From the NCBI GenBank assembly GCA_054661495.1, contig BAAFSQ010000016.1, positions 47,950 to 79,949 on the forward strand: a stretch of DNA of 32,000 bases, given 5' to 3'. This document shows positions 11,587 through 22,778 of this stretch, one piece after another; position 1 is the stretch's first letter, and each line of letters begins with the position of its first letter. Both the position numbers and the translations under genes were made by a program. The notes beneath the pieces were generated by a model, which worked only from the letters and a program-made list of their open reading frames with translations, ran no database searches and was not told where the DNA came from. Source of the stretch: Zygophlyctis sp. KS116 (taxonomy: Eukaryota > Fungi > Chytridiomycota).

Positions 11587-14500
11587 ATGCAAGATCGGTA
11601 CTGCTTACATACATCAAACTGCCTATTATCTTTACAACCGATAGATGGGAGTATATCAAAGGCACTAGAGGATTTTATTGGTAGAATCTTGGAGTTATCA
11701 GTCACAGATAAGGACGATCAAATAATACTTTTATTGTAATTACAATATTTAATACGAAAGAGGGACATCAGGATCAGGAAAGACAAACACATTTAATAGT
11801 GTCAGGAACTTATTATTGGCGGATTCTGATTTGATTAAAGGTATTCGTGATGCTGATTCAATTTTGAATGCATTCGGCAATGTTTATGAATCAGAGGATC
11901 ATTTCAATGCATCTAAGTTTGGGAAATATGTAGAATATCAATTTAATTCTGATGGTACATTTCTGGGATGCAAGCTTTTAGAATTTTTTCTACAAAAACA
12001 TCAAATCTATTCTGCTCAGCCTTTTCATATTTTTAATCATTTGATTGCTGGAGCTACGCCAATTGAAAAACAGTCATGGTAATATCTATATTGATTACTT
12101 ATTTTTTAGGGAACTCAATGATAATCATCGGTATTTGGGAGACAAGGAAAAGTCAAGTATCAAAACTGGATCTCATATAATTTTCAATGCTCTTAGAAAG
12201 CAATTGAAGGCAATTGGGTGTGGTCCTAGAATGCAACAAGGTCTTTTTCAAGTCATATCTTCTATTTTACATTTGGGAGATATCAATTTTGAAATTACCA
12301 ATATTCAAGAAACTTGTAAAATAAAGAATCAAAACAAATGTGCAGTGGCAGCAAGACTTTTAGGCTGTAAAGAGGAGGATTTAAACAATGCACTGATTAC
12401 TAAATCAACATTAATTGGAACAGAGAAGTGCTCCATTGTTCTTGGGACGTTTGAAGCTGCAAGACAACGTAATCAGCTCGCAGCTTTACTCTATTCTCTT
12501 ATTTTTTCCTGGCTCGTGGATCAAATCAATAAAGCATACTGTGTACAGGATGAATTGGTTTCTCAATTCGTTGGTGTTTTTGATTTTCCTGGAGTCATGC
12601 CCAATAGAACAATTGGATTTGGATTTGAACAGCTCTTGGTCAACTATATGAGTGAAAGTCTAGATTTTCTGGCGAAAATCAAACTTTGCGACAAACAATG
12701 GATGCTATATGATGAGAATGATCTTACAGATTATAGTTCAAGTCTGAAAAAAATTGAGGATCAATCAGATTTAATTGATTTGCTTGGAAGTGAAAATACT
12801 GGATTGTTGTCAAGATTTTACTTGAATAGGCCTACGTTTAAAGAACTGAATGCTATGTCTCATAAAAATGTTCATTTAGTGCCTGATAGAAAGAGAAAGC
12901 TGCCCACGCACTTTGCGATTCGTCACTTTACAGGGACGGTTGACTACAGAATAGCAGATCTAGATATAATATCAGATTCATTTATTGGGGCTGACTTTGT
13001 CTCTCTGTTTGGAAATTCAGTGAATTCTAATGGTTCACCAAATGTATCTTTTATACGGCAGCTTTTTAACAAGCGTTTGATTTCCCTTGAATATGATCCG
13101 CATTCACCTCGCACAGTTTTGAAAGCTAGTGCTTCATCCATGCCAAACAGAACGCCGTCATACAAAAAACACAATGGGATCTCTCCCCAACCAGCTTCAT
13201 ATGAATCAGAAACTCCATTGTCTCCTCTGCTAGCCTCATTTAAGCTATTACTTACTGTATCAATAGATACATCTTGTCATTCTATATACCATTTTGATGA
13301 AAAGAAAAAGGAAGATATACGTGGTATTTTTGGTGATTTTGGATTAGAAATGATGAAAAAATCATCCTGTTCAAAGTATTTTACCTCTTTACCACACGCT
13401 GAATTTCTATATCGTTATTCCGAAACAAACCCGAGATTCGAATTGTCGCAGAGCTCAAAAGAAGAGTGTGAGCTTGCATGTCGGGAATTACAATGGGATA
13501 ATGAAAAAGCGATTGCTGGAAAATTTCGAATTTTTCTAACTTATGATGCATGGAAAGAAATCAGCGTAAAGAAGCTTCAAAAAGATATTGAAAAATCGCC
13601 TTTGGATATTTCTCAGAATTTGGACGTCATAGAAGACTGTGAAAGTGAAGATCATTCTTTGGTAGATCCGGTAGATTCTTTTTTTCTTGATGACGAGCTA
13701 GCAATCGCCATTATTCCAGATATTGAATCAGGGAAGGCCCGAAAAACCAGAATATTTGAGGACATCAAGCCCATCCAGCCCTCTAAATGGAAATATCCTC
13801 CAGGTATGTCGCTCCAAAGAAAAGTATGGTTTACTTGTACATGGATATTAACTTGGTTTATTCCTTCTGGCTTAATGAAAGTTTTCAAGCATCATACACC
13901 AGAAGTAAGAATCGCATTTAGAGAAAAGCTAGCTTTATGCATCCTGATTTTGCTGTCATGCTCAATGATGCTTTTTTTTATAATTGGCGTTGGGCCTCTT
14001 ACCTGCCCAAGTCAAAATGTACTTTCTGCTGGGGAGGTCTCAGCATATAGCAGTATGTCTAATCCATTGGTTATAATTAATGGATTTTATTATTACATAC
14101 CTGATATTATTCAGACACACGTTTTGGGTGGTTCTTATGCTATATCGTCCACGACTTTTCAGGCTACAGTTTTAGGGCAAGATGTCAGCGGTATGTTTTA
14201 CTCAACCGACGATTTCTTAAGAAATTGTCCAGGCTTCGATCGCCCCAGTGGCTGGGATAACATACCCAGCCGTGATGCGCCCGGGTCAGCAAATAATATT
14301 TGGTAAGGTTTTTACATTTTTACCGATAGGTATGCGCATTTGATTCGAAAGGAAGGCCAGACTGACTACTTGTCCCAAATCGCTCGTATGAAAAAAGGTT
14401 ATGTTGCCAGAGATAAACAATGGATAACGAGCAAGCTTTCTGCTGACCAAATGTCGAATAAAATAATAATAGCATGGGACAGGGTCTACGATGTGACTAA

Positions 14501-16838
14501 CTACTACACAGAATATAATATCCAAAATAATGGCTCTGGATTTATGGGGCCATTTGTCAAGCAAATTTTCGACACATATTCTCCATTTGGAAAAGACGCT
14601 ACCGTTGGTTTAAACCAATTGGGCGCAGCTTCTTTCGGAGGAATCCAGTTTTTAGCTCAAGTCAGATATTGCCTCGATTCAATGTTTCTTGTTGGAGTTA
14701 TTGATCATCGAAATGACCTTAAATGTCAGGTAGGGAACTATGTTCTGCTAGCATCGTCTATTTTATTATTCTTGGTTATTTCTATCAAATTCTTGGCTTC
14801 ATTACAGTTTGAATCATCTAAAGCACCAGAAGATCAGGATAAGTTTGCAATAATTCAGGTTCCATGCTATTCAGAGGGTTATGATTCCCTTTATAAAACT
14901 TTTTCGTCCATAGCAAAATTAGATTATGACAGTCAGCGAAAACTTCTTTTCGTTGTTTGTGATGGTATGATGATTGGGCATGGAAATGATAAGCCAACTC
15001 CTCGAATTGTGCTGGACATTTTAGGCGTTGATCCTTACGAAGACCCTCAGCCAGTTGCATATCGCTCTTTGGGAGAAGGAACTAAACAAATGAATTTGGC
15101 AAAAGTCTATTCCGGGCTCTATAAGACAGAAGATCATTGCATTCCTTTCGTTGTTGTCATCAAGATTGGCAAACCATCTGAACGCCAACGACCTGGAAAC
15201 AGGTAGCCTTAGATGCATCTAATTTTTAGAGGAAAGCGTGATTCACAATTACTATTGCTAAACTTTTTAAATCATGTACATTACAAATCAGAAATGTCTC
15301 CTTTAGAGGTCACTGTATATGACCATATGAAGAATAATATTGGAATTCACCCTTATTTATATGAATATATGCTTATGATGGATGCTGATACTGAAGCATA
15401 TCCTGATAGTCTTAAGCGATTGATATCAAGCATGGTCAATGATTCCAGGGTATTTAATTTTATTTTATAACTCAAGGTTATGGGAATTTGTGGTGAAACC
15501 AGAATGGCGAATGAAAAGTCCTCCTGGGTGACAATGATTCAGGTTTATGAGTACTTTATATCGCACCATATGGCTAAAGCATTTGAATCCTTATTTGGAT
15601 GCGTAACTTGCCTTCCGGGCTGTTTTTCACTATATCGAATCCGTAACTGTCAAAAAAACAAGCCAATTTTGATCAGCAATGAAGTATTACGTGATTATTC
15701 TGTTAATCAAGTTAATACTCTGCATTTGAAGAATTTGCTCGAATTAGGAGAAGACAGATATTTAACCACTCTGCTGCTTAAGCACTTCCCTTTGATGAAA
15801 ACATCATTTAATCCGGATGCCGTTTGCCTCACGATGGCACCTGATAGGTGGTCAATTCTCTTGTCACAGAGAAGAAGGTGGATTAACTCTACTGTTCATA
15901 ACTTATTTGAACTTCTTCTCATTCCTCAGCTCTGTGGATTTTGTTGCTTTAGTATGCGTTTTATTGTTTTGATTGATATTTTTGGCACTATAATGCAGCC
16001 TTCGGCTCTGATCTATTTAGGGTATGTGATATATAAGGCGATAACCGATACTCGCAGTGCAATTCCTGTCATTTCTTTGGTAATGATTGGCTGTATATAT
16101 GGGTTTCAATTGTAAAGTTTCTTATTTTTCTTTAATTTTTAGGACTATCATTTTTATTAAGCGCGAATTTCAATATATTGGCTGGATGGTTCTTTATTTG
16201 CTAGCTATTCCATTGTCAAGGTTCATATTGTTTAATTCATTGATATTTTAGTTTTTTAATCCCATTATATTCCTTTTGGCACTTTGATGATTTTTCATGG
16301 GGTAATACAAGAAGAGTGTTCGATTCTGATGTAAAAGCTTATATTGCGGATTCTGAGGAAGTACTTTACGTTTCGGGCTAATGATTAGTTTGATATCAAC
16401 TGCATTCCAAGTTTGCCATACCCAGATAGTGAGAAGCATCCTAAGCAGCCAATTTTCAAATCTGATTCACTATATGATTCGGACTTGCCCAGAAATCTGG
16501 ATGATGCAGAAAAGAGCACTCCCACACCTCACCAGTCGGCAATGTCCTACATGTCTGGCCCACCATTAAACGGCATTAATCCAATTCATTTAATGTATCA
16601 ACCAATTTATCAGCCAATGACGGCTGTGCAAGCTATGCATATTCAACCTGAACAGCCAAATGTTACAAACGATCTCTTAATAAAGGAGATAAGACGGATC
16701 CTTGGCCAGTCAGATCTTGGAAAAATGACCAAAAAGAAGATCCGGAATTCTCTATCTCAAATTTTTCAAGTTAATCTTGATGAACGAAAGGCATTCATCA
16801 ATATGTGTATTGATAAAATTCTGCAAGGTGAAATGTAG
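11587..16838 (+). CDS. Second myosin motor-like domain chitin synthase, divergently transcribed from the first; start codon uncertain
   Basis: P-loop GTSGSGKT after intron 11736-11760, [28 protein letters not shown]; catalytic motifs [40 protein letters not shown]; DEK_C ([23 protein letters not shown]). About 8 introns of 25-31 nt join ORFs 11816, 12045, 14340, 15213, 15480 and 16413. ATG 11587 is in frame with the exon preceding the P-loop. Confidence 0.92.
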
Positions 16839-16839
16839 T

Positions 16840-17553
16840 CTAAAATGCATAAACCAAGAAAAGTCCACCTAGTAATTCCAAATAAAGTAAAAACTGATTT
16901 AAACTGAACGCAGAAACTGAGCTATTCACTGCAATACAGTATTTACCCGTACAGGGGTCGGGATTATTTGGATCTGAAGGACCTGATGGAAGATTAATTG
17001 CGACAAAATCTTCTGGATATCCTAATTTTAAGAAACAGAAACACTTACCCACTGGGAATCCTTCTGCTAAACAAGATGCCTTAATTCCAGGGCCTTGATC
17101 TCCAGTACCAGAAGAAGCAACATTGTCCACCAAAATCAGCAACTGATATCTAGTATCCTTCATGAGTGCAACTTGAGGATTCCAAGTATAGACATTATTA
17201 TTGCCTTTAGTAGAGTTACCAATAGAGATCCATTTGCTATTATCATCTTCTTTCTTCTTATAATAAAAAGAAAAGCCATTCACCGGGAAGGTTCTATTAT
17301 CGGTACCTTCCGTATAACTCCAAGTGATGTTAATTGAGCTCCCAATGTATGCATATGCATTTCTACCTGGTCTATTGACTAATATTCTGCCCGGAGTTGT
17401 TGCAGTGTTACATTGTGCATTGTCACACTGCTGTATAGTTGGATTACAAGCAGCAGTAACATTAGTTCCATTGTTGCCATTTGTCTGACCACCACCTGGA
17501 GCTTGACTGGCAGAAAAGCTAAGATATGAAAACAACAGTATTAGAATCTTCAT
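16840..17553 (-). CDS. Secreted, probably GPI-anchored or C-terminally membrane-anchored Cys-containing cell-surface protein (possible Ig-like beta domain)
   Basis: N-terminal signal peptide MKILILLFSYLSFSASQA; several N-glycosylation sequons (NGT, NVT, NIT, NRT, NST); beta-rich ITWSY..YTWNP..YQLLI segment; hydrophobic C-tail after small residues (NSS). Likely 27-nt in-frame intron at 17048-17022. Confidence 0.7.
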   Translation of the reverse strand: MKILILLFSYLSFSASQAPGGGQTNGNNGTNVTAACNPTIQQCDNAQCNTATTPGRILVNRPGRNAYAYIGSSINITWSYTEGTDNRTFPVNGFSFYYKKKEDDNSKWISIGNSTKGNNNVYTWNPQVALMKDTRYQLLILVDNVASSGTGDQGPGIKASCLAEGFPVGKCFCFLKLGYPEDFVAINLPSGPSDPNNPDPCTGKYCIAVNSSVSAFSLNQFLLYLELLGGLFLVYAF

Positions 17554-17975
17554 TTAAAAAATGTAAACACAACGCCATGGGTGGCGCAATCTATTAATAC
17601 AAACACAGATAACATAAACTTATAATCTATAAATAGACCATTTGAAAGCTCTTGTACTTAGAGGTAAATCAGTATCTAAATAGGGATGCAAATTTGAATT
17701 TTCCTTTTGAGAATATGTTCCACTTTTGAGCTTATTTACTTGTTGTGATTTGAAGCATGATGCGAGATTAGCAAATCCAAAGGCCATAACGATATCTTAC
17801 AGAATATCGTGAGATAAGTTTCTTGAACGCTGATCCCTAACAAAGCTTAGGTCTAAGCAGTAAAAGGTTCGGTTACCATAAAATAGACCATTTACAAATA
17901 TATGCGATGTGTGGCTGATCATTGCAATGCAAAAAAGTAGCATTTGAAGCGCAGAATCAAAAGGGCAAGATTGTA

Positions 17976-18420
17976 TTAATTCGGATGTTGATCGTAATAT
18001 CGATTTCCGTTTTTCAGCTGAACAATGGCGGTGAATCCACCAATTATCATTCCAGCAACTGCAAAAGCCTTTCCGGTTACATATCCACGAAATTCCATGG
18101 CTCTGAGCAAATTATTTTCACTGTTTAATCCAGAATTGTACATATGAAAGTCAAACTTTCCAGGTTCTGCAGAATCAACACCTTGCTTGTATATTTCGTT
18201 CCAAGACCTCCAAAGAGCTTTTGCCACAACTCCAAAGCCAGTAAAAGTAGCCAAAATCTTCAATTTCATCCTTGACATATTGCAGTTCTGCGTCTGGTCC
18301 TTGAAGCCAACGATACAAGAAGAATTGTTGCTGATGAGTTTTTGAGAGTTCCAATTGTCTCTGAGAGAGTTGTTCCAGCCGTTGTTGAATCTTTTTAATT
18401 TCTTTTCTATCGTCGCTCAT
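17976..18420 (-). pseudogene. Small hypothetical gene (~147 aa, coiled-coil N-terminus, hydrophobic C-terminus) broken by an apparent 1-nt frameshift
   Basis: ORFs 18175-18420 and 17976-18278 overlap in different frames. Deleting one T from the T4 run (18253-18256) gives a continuous ...QYVKDEIEDLATFTGFGVVAKALWRSW.... I found no suitable GT-AG intron at the junction. Confidence 0.4.
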
Positions 18421-18689
18421 GAATCACACTGAAAATTCTCAAATTTCAGGAATGGCATCATTCGTTGCTCTATCTTTACTACTCATCGGATAAACCCTGT
18501 ATTTGATTGATCGGATATGAATCCTATATGTACGATTCTTCATAGGCCCCAACAAAAATATGGAAACTTCACAGACGATCTCAACGGCAAGGACAAAAGT
18601 CTTTGAGTTTCCCGATCGCTTTGGAATTCGGGGTCTGATTGACCCTGAAGGAGCAAATACCCTGAAATAGCAATACTTTTATAGAAAAA

Positions 18690-19718
18690 ATGAATGCAAA
18701 TGAATCTAGAGTTCTTGCTGGATTCGGATTGTCTTTGATCGGTATGACAATTCAAATATTCAATATCGCATACGGTATAAATCATGCTATCCAAAGACCG
18801 ACGACTTTCAATTTTGTGTTGCTCGTTTGTCTGGTTTTGTTTTTGATTTCATTTTTTCCTTTGCTGTGTAACTTTAATATCGCCTAATTATTTAAGTCAA
18901 TTCATTGTTTACCTTTGCGCAATTGATTTCTGGAACAGTATGGATACCTGATATTATTTTGACTCTAAATAGAGTTCATAATTCATTTTATGCGATAAGT
19001 ACTCTCATGTACTTGCTGTTGATTCAATTCAGATTTAGAGTCATAAAGAATATCGTAGATTATAGAGATATTTGGGTAAGCTTAAATCAGTAAAGTTTAG
19101 GATCATTTGTTCATGTGTATAACGATAATTGTATGGTGTGGTACAACTCTTTTATTCGGAGTCATCTTGTTTAATTCTGTATCTCCGAAAACGTCTTTAT
19201 CATTTTCTGCACTTTGGACATTTTATGCATTAGTGGTGGATAATATATTATCTTGGCTGTTTTTATATAATCTATTCAAATGTAGAACCAAAGTATCAAC
19301 GTCAAATAAATTGAAGTTGTTGTGGACCAAATCTGGTAAGAAAATTGTTTTTTAAATATAAGTATGGGGATTAGGAGTATTGTGTGCAACAACTTGGATC
19401 TCTCTATTACTACTTTTGCTTGCAATTTTTAAATACTCGGATGCAGCGTATGATTCAACTCGTGCACTAATATATCGTATAGCTTTTGCATTCTCTCCTA
19501 TCCAATTTTCTGGTACTCTATTGTTCATTTATGCGGTCAAACTCTTATTTGAAGATGCACAAGTTCAAATTTCAGATTCAAAATCAAAAGAAGAATCTCA
19601 AAAACAATTGGTTGAAACTCCACAATTGCTACATTTTACTTCTCCGTTAGATGACGATGATGATTTGGTTTTCCCTTGTTCGCTCAGTCCTGAAAGTGAA
19701 TTACGCAGCACACCATGA
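18690..19718 (+). CDS. Seven-transmembrane GPCR-like protein
   Basis: Four exons joined by three 25-29-nt introns (first 18868-18896) give seven hydrophobic segments, an RF at the cytoplasmic end of TM3, a basic TM5-6 loop and an acidic/Ser-rich C-tail. Confidence 0.7.
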
Positions 19719-19827
19719 TGCTAAATTTCATGATAAAATTTAGGAATAAACTCAATGATATAATACGGCGGGGAAAGAAAAGAAGTTTTTTCAATAAAAT
19801 TATGGTTAAAGGAAATTGCGCATTTTA

Positions 19828-20924
19828 CTAAACGGCACTAATTATTCCTTCATTATGCAGGTAATCATATAGCTTGACAAGTGTTGCATTTCCTAATTTA
19901 TCCATATCAATTTCTACTTCTTCATTCTTTTGTAATCCAGGAAGTGATGCTCTGATAGTTTCCACAACATGAATTAAAACATCTTCATCTATATTAGGAT
20001 TAGAAATTGCATTAGCCATGGCTAATTTCTGAGCAAGAGTAATCACCCTCTTCTTTTGCTTGGGTAGTGGTTTAGAAGCACCTTTAACAGCAGGTGCTCT
20101 TGTAGATGGAGGAGGAGGACGGTCTTTAAATATCCTTCCTGCTCTCCATTTCACACCACATTTGTTACATAGTGTTCTAGGACCAGAAGGACCAGAGCGC
20201 CACCTTTGATTTAGTCTTAAATTTCTTACATTGGAGTATAAGTATCTTTACAATACTCACATGCATATCCTTCATGTATTGGGGTGGCTCTCAACATCTT
20301 GATTCTCTCTTGCTTGGATGCAGCATCAGAGGAAATAGAAGCCCTTTTCTGTGATTGCCTTGATGATGATTTATCAACAACCATTTCATCCTCTTCATTA
20401 GTACCATGTGTATCCAATGACTCTTGAGATACAGGAGAGCTAGTCATTGGAAAATTAACTGATGATCTTCTTGGACTCTTGGAGATATTTTGGGAAAGAG
20501 AATCCAACTGATTTCTAATAAACGCAAGTGATGATTGTAGATCGATAATGTCGGCTTCGACTGATAGCTTTTTTGCATTTTTCAATTTCAAATATGGAAA
20601 ATGTGTTGATAATTGATTTTGAGTGTATTCATACAATTTTTTCCCTTCATTAGAGACTGGAGATCCCATTGGATTATACTGAAAACAGTTTTGGAACAAG
20701 AGATTGAAATCATCGATCAGAGATTCAGGTGAGCCATAAGCTCCAGTTGACAAATTCAGCGTTATTGTACTTAAATCAGTTGGGCTCTTGATCACATCAT
20801 AATAGTCTGGAACCAGTGTTGCCGATACTGGATTGAGAAATGGTGCAGCAGATGGTTGCTTTTTTATACAAGTAAGCAATGACCAACAGCTCCCCAACTC
20901 TTCAGAAGACATTCCCTGTGTCAT
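19828..20924 (-). CDS. Bromodomain + GATA-type zinc finger + extra-terminal (ET) domain protein
   Basis: Bromodomain motifs PFLNPV..PDYYDVIKSPTDL..NCFQYNP. Removing the 26-nt intron 20229-20204 gives [26 protein letters not shown] (C-X2-C-X18-C-X2-C). ET domain: ITLAQKLAMANAIS..VVETIR..EEVEIDMDKLGNATLVKLYDYL. Confidence 0.85.
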
Positions 20925-21138
20925 TTTTCTACTTTTTCAGAATCAAATTTGCACGACGAATTTTCCTTCCAAATTTTGTCTTTTTGATTCGGCTGAAACA
21001 GTTTTGAATGCATTCATAATCTACTCTAATCATTCATGCGAGCAGAAACTGCAGATTTGGAAGATCTTTAATACTGTTTGGTGAATGCTATCAGGAAAAT
21101 ATGCCTGGCGTTCAGGTTTGCGCGTAACTAAAAACATA

Positions 21139-22687
21139 ATGTCTGGATTTTCATTTGGTACTCCAGCTCAAGGACAGGCTTCTAGCAATTCATTATTTGG
21201 AAATGCTCAAAATGCTCAAAATTCTCAAAATAAACCAATGTTTGGACAAACACCTGCCTTTGGCCAGAATCAGGGGACAGCACCATCATTTTTTGGAGCT
21301 CAATCAGGACAGGCTCCTTCTCCATTTGGAGGGCAGCCTACAGCATCAGCTGCTCCTTCTCTATTTGGAGCATCGCAACCTGCTGCTGCACCCAGTTTTG
21401 GGGCCCCGCCTGCTTCTAATGCGCCATCATTATTTGGTGCTCCCCAGCCTTCTGCTGCTCCATCATTATTTGGCGGTGCGCAGCCCACAGCTGCTCCAAC
21501 ATTTGGTGCTACTCCGGCTGCCAGTGCTGCTCCTTCTCTTTTTGGTGCTGGTCAACCTGCTCCGGCCTCCAGTGCTGCTCCATCATTATTCGGTGCTAAG
21601 CCTGCCTCATCAGCAGCTCCACCTCTTTTCGGTGCTACTCAACCCACTCAACCTGCTTCTACTGCTGCACCATCTCTATTTGGAGCCAAACCTGCAACTA
21701 CTGCTGCACCATCTCTATTTGGTTCTACGCAAGCTGCTCCCTCTACTACTACTGCAACCGCTACACCTTCTCTTTTTGGTGCAAAGCCTTCAACCACAGC
21801 TGCTCCAACATTGTTTGGAGCTAGTCAGCCCGCTGTAGCTACTACTACAACACCAACTCTATTCGGAGCTTCAGCTGGGACGGTTTCAACAGGTGCTGCA
21901 AAACCTGCTGCTGTGGGTGCAACTACAGGATTTACTGGTACTACTTGTTAGTTTTTTTATAAATAGTTCCAAGTTCAACTGCAGCTTCTACTGGGGAAGA
22001 GCTTCCAGCTCTCAAGGGGAAAGATTTACAAGAAATTGTGTCAAAATGGAATCAGGATTTAGAGTTGCAGACTCGTGAATTCCATAAATTAGCCAATCAA
22101 ATTGAACGCTGGGACCGAGATGTTTTGGAAAATGGTTCACGGGTATTTTTTTTTGCTTTAATTTGCAAGATATCAAAAGTTCATCATCAATTACAAGAAA
22201 CACAGGCAAAACAGAAATCAATCGATCAGTCATTAGAATATATTGAAGCGCAGCAAAACGAGCTAGATTCTGCTCTAGAATCGTTTCACTCTCAGATAAA
22301 GACTTTGGTAGATGGTCCTGAAGGGCAGGCGAGACTAAAGTACGTATAGTTTATGACTAATAATCTAGGATGACACCTGCAGATGAAGAGAGAGAGAAAG
22401 CTTACACACTCGCAGAATCTCTGAATTTACAATTGGATGATATGTCTTCGCAATTATCGAATCTTATTGAAGAAATGAATGGCATTTCAGGAAAATCAGA
22501 CTCTCAAGATGACCCTATGGCAATAATTGTTCGTATTTTGGGTGAACATTTAACCAGCTTGGAATGGGTTAACGATTCTGTAAATGATTTGGGAGTCAAA
22601 ATAAGTGATTTAAATAGAATATCTGAAACAGCTACATTGGAAGCAGAAAGAGTTCATAGAGGAATATCTTCAAAGATTTTTAAATAG
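21139..22687 (+). CDS. NSP1: FG-repeat nucleoporin Nsp1/Nup62
   Basis: Starts MSGFSFG, followed by many PSLFG/PTLFG repeats. The C-terminal coiled coil reads LKGKDLQEIVSKWNQDLE..F..LA.QI..WDR..LENG..IDQSLEYIEAQQNELDS and ADEEREKAY.LAE.L..QLD. Three short introns. Confidence 0.92.
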
Positions 22688-22778
22688 CCAGCTCACATCA
22701 TTCTCAAAAAAATTATATCAGAATTTTTTTTTCTTTGCTTGATTATTTGATTATTTTTCTATTTACTACATCTTATGC

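Noticed and set aside
18690-19718. Rhodopsin
   Set aside because: No retinal-binding lysine motif within TM7.
21085-21138. Upstream in-frame ATG for NSP1
   Set aside because: ATG 21139 follows an A-rich context and starts with the typical MSGFSFG; the extension looks like promoter or UTR.
21155-21838. 227-aa Leu/His-rich overlapping ORF
   Set aside because: Alternative-frame by-product of the repetitive, GC-richer FG-repeat codons of NSP1.
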